This document shows, piece by piece, positions 63,758 through 64,000 of a DNA stretch of 64,000 nucleotides. A program made the translations under genes and the position numbers. The DNA is from a virus. The DNA lies in the IMG/VR virus record IMGVR_UViG_3300043392_000054, positions 64,001-128,000 of that record; one strand, 5' to 3'. Numbering within the stretch: the first letter of the stretch is position 1; each line of letters starts with the position of its first letter. The notes beneath the pieces were generated by a model, which saw only the letters and a program-made list of their open reading frames with translations, did not search any database and had not been told where the DNA came from.

Positions 63758-63844
63758 ATGAAAGATAAAATTAAAGCGATAATAGCATTTATTATAGGAT
63801 TTGTTTCCTTTCAATTATTATTTCATTTAGTGATTTTAAAATAA
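63758..63844 (+). CDS. tiny membrane peptide (28 aa), not in the ORF track
   Basis: [28 protein letters not shown]. Confidence 0.45.
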   Translation: MKDKIKAIIAFIIGFVSFQLLFHLVILK

Positions 63845-63845
63845 T

Positions 63846-64000
63846 ATGAATAACATAGATAAACAATACCAAGCATTATTACAAGATATTTTAGATAACG
63901 GTGTAGAAAAATCAGACCGAACAGGTACAGGAACAATTTCAGTTTTTGGTAGACAGATTCGCCATAAAATGAGTGAAGGATTTCCATTATTAACCACAAA
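63846..64000 (+). CDS. thyA: thymidylate synthase, 5' part (runs off the window)
   Basis: [36 protein letters not shown]. Confidence 0.95.
   Translation, partial: MNNIDKQYQALLQDILDNGVEKSDRTGTGTISVFGRQIRHKMSEGFPLLTT

Noticed and set aside
1-64000. Stop-codon reassignment as in some large Bacteroidota phages
   Set aside because: Conserved genes are full length in code 11, coding density is high, and TAG ends real genes (18587, 29441, 42892, 62626). No suppressor tRNA was seen.
1-64000. CRISPR array, integrase or IS element
   Set aside because: No regularly spaced repeat-spacer series and no recombinase or transposase motifs were seen. The dispersed repeats are promoters.

Overview
AT-rich, gene-dense, almost entirely plus-strand segment of a large T4-like myovirus genome, read in the standard genetic code. 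The first ~21 kb is virion morphogenesis: probable portal end, fused prohead protease-scaffold, major capsid, gp14-like neck, small and large terminase, sheath, tube, gp26/gp51-like chaperones and tape measure. Clamp loader and RNase H genes are inserted among these. The rest is an accessory region containing glycosyltransferase-like genes, 2OG-Fe(II) oxygenases, SAM methyltransferases, a NEIL1-like glycosylase, an ECF-type sigma factor, a PRPP-synthetase-like plus NAMPT-like pair (candidate NAD+ reconstitution pathway), two RNA ligases, a PNK-type kinase, phosphoesterases, three HAD phosphatases, a tRNA nucleotidyltransferase, three tRNAs lacking CCA, and the start of thyA. The host is probably Bacteroidota (inference from about 16 TAnnTTT(G/A) promoter boxes, A-rich leaders without Shine-Dalgarno, and a DUF6089-like outer-membrane protein). 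Three promoter classes are visible directly in the DNA. Best novelty candidates: (1) a DUF2828/TROVE-like vWA gene followed by two tandem stem-closed RNAs sharing a TACAGCAA motif, one with a ~230-nt structured insert; (2) a GIY-YIG endonuclease cassette sitting in the 5' end of the NAMPT-like gene and supplying a synonymously recoded replacement start; (3) a NEIL1-like glycosylase colinear with the human enzyme; (4) a likely +1 frameshift joining the gp26-like and gp51-like ORFs. All family calls come from remembered motifs, not database searches.
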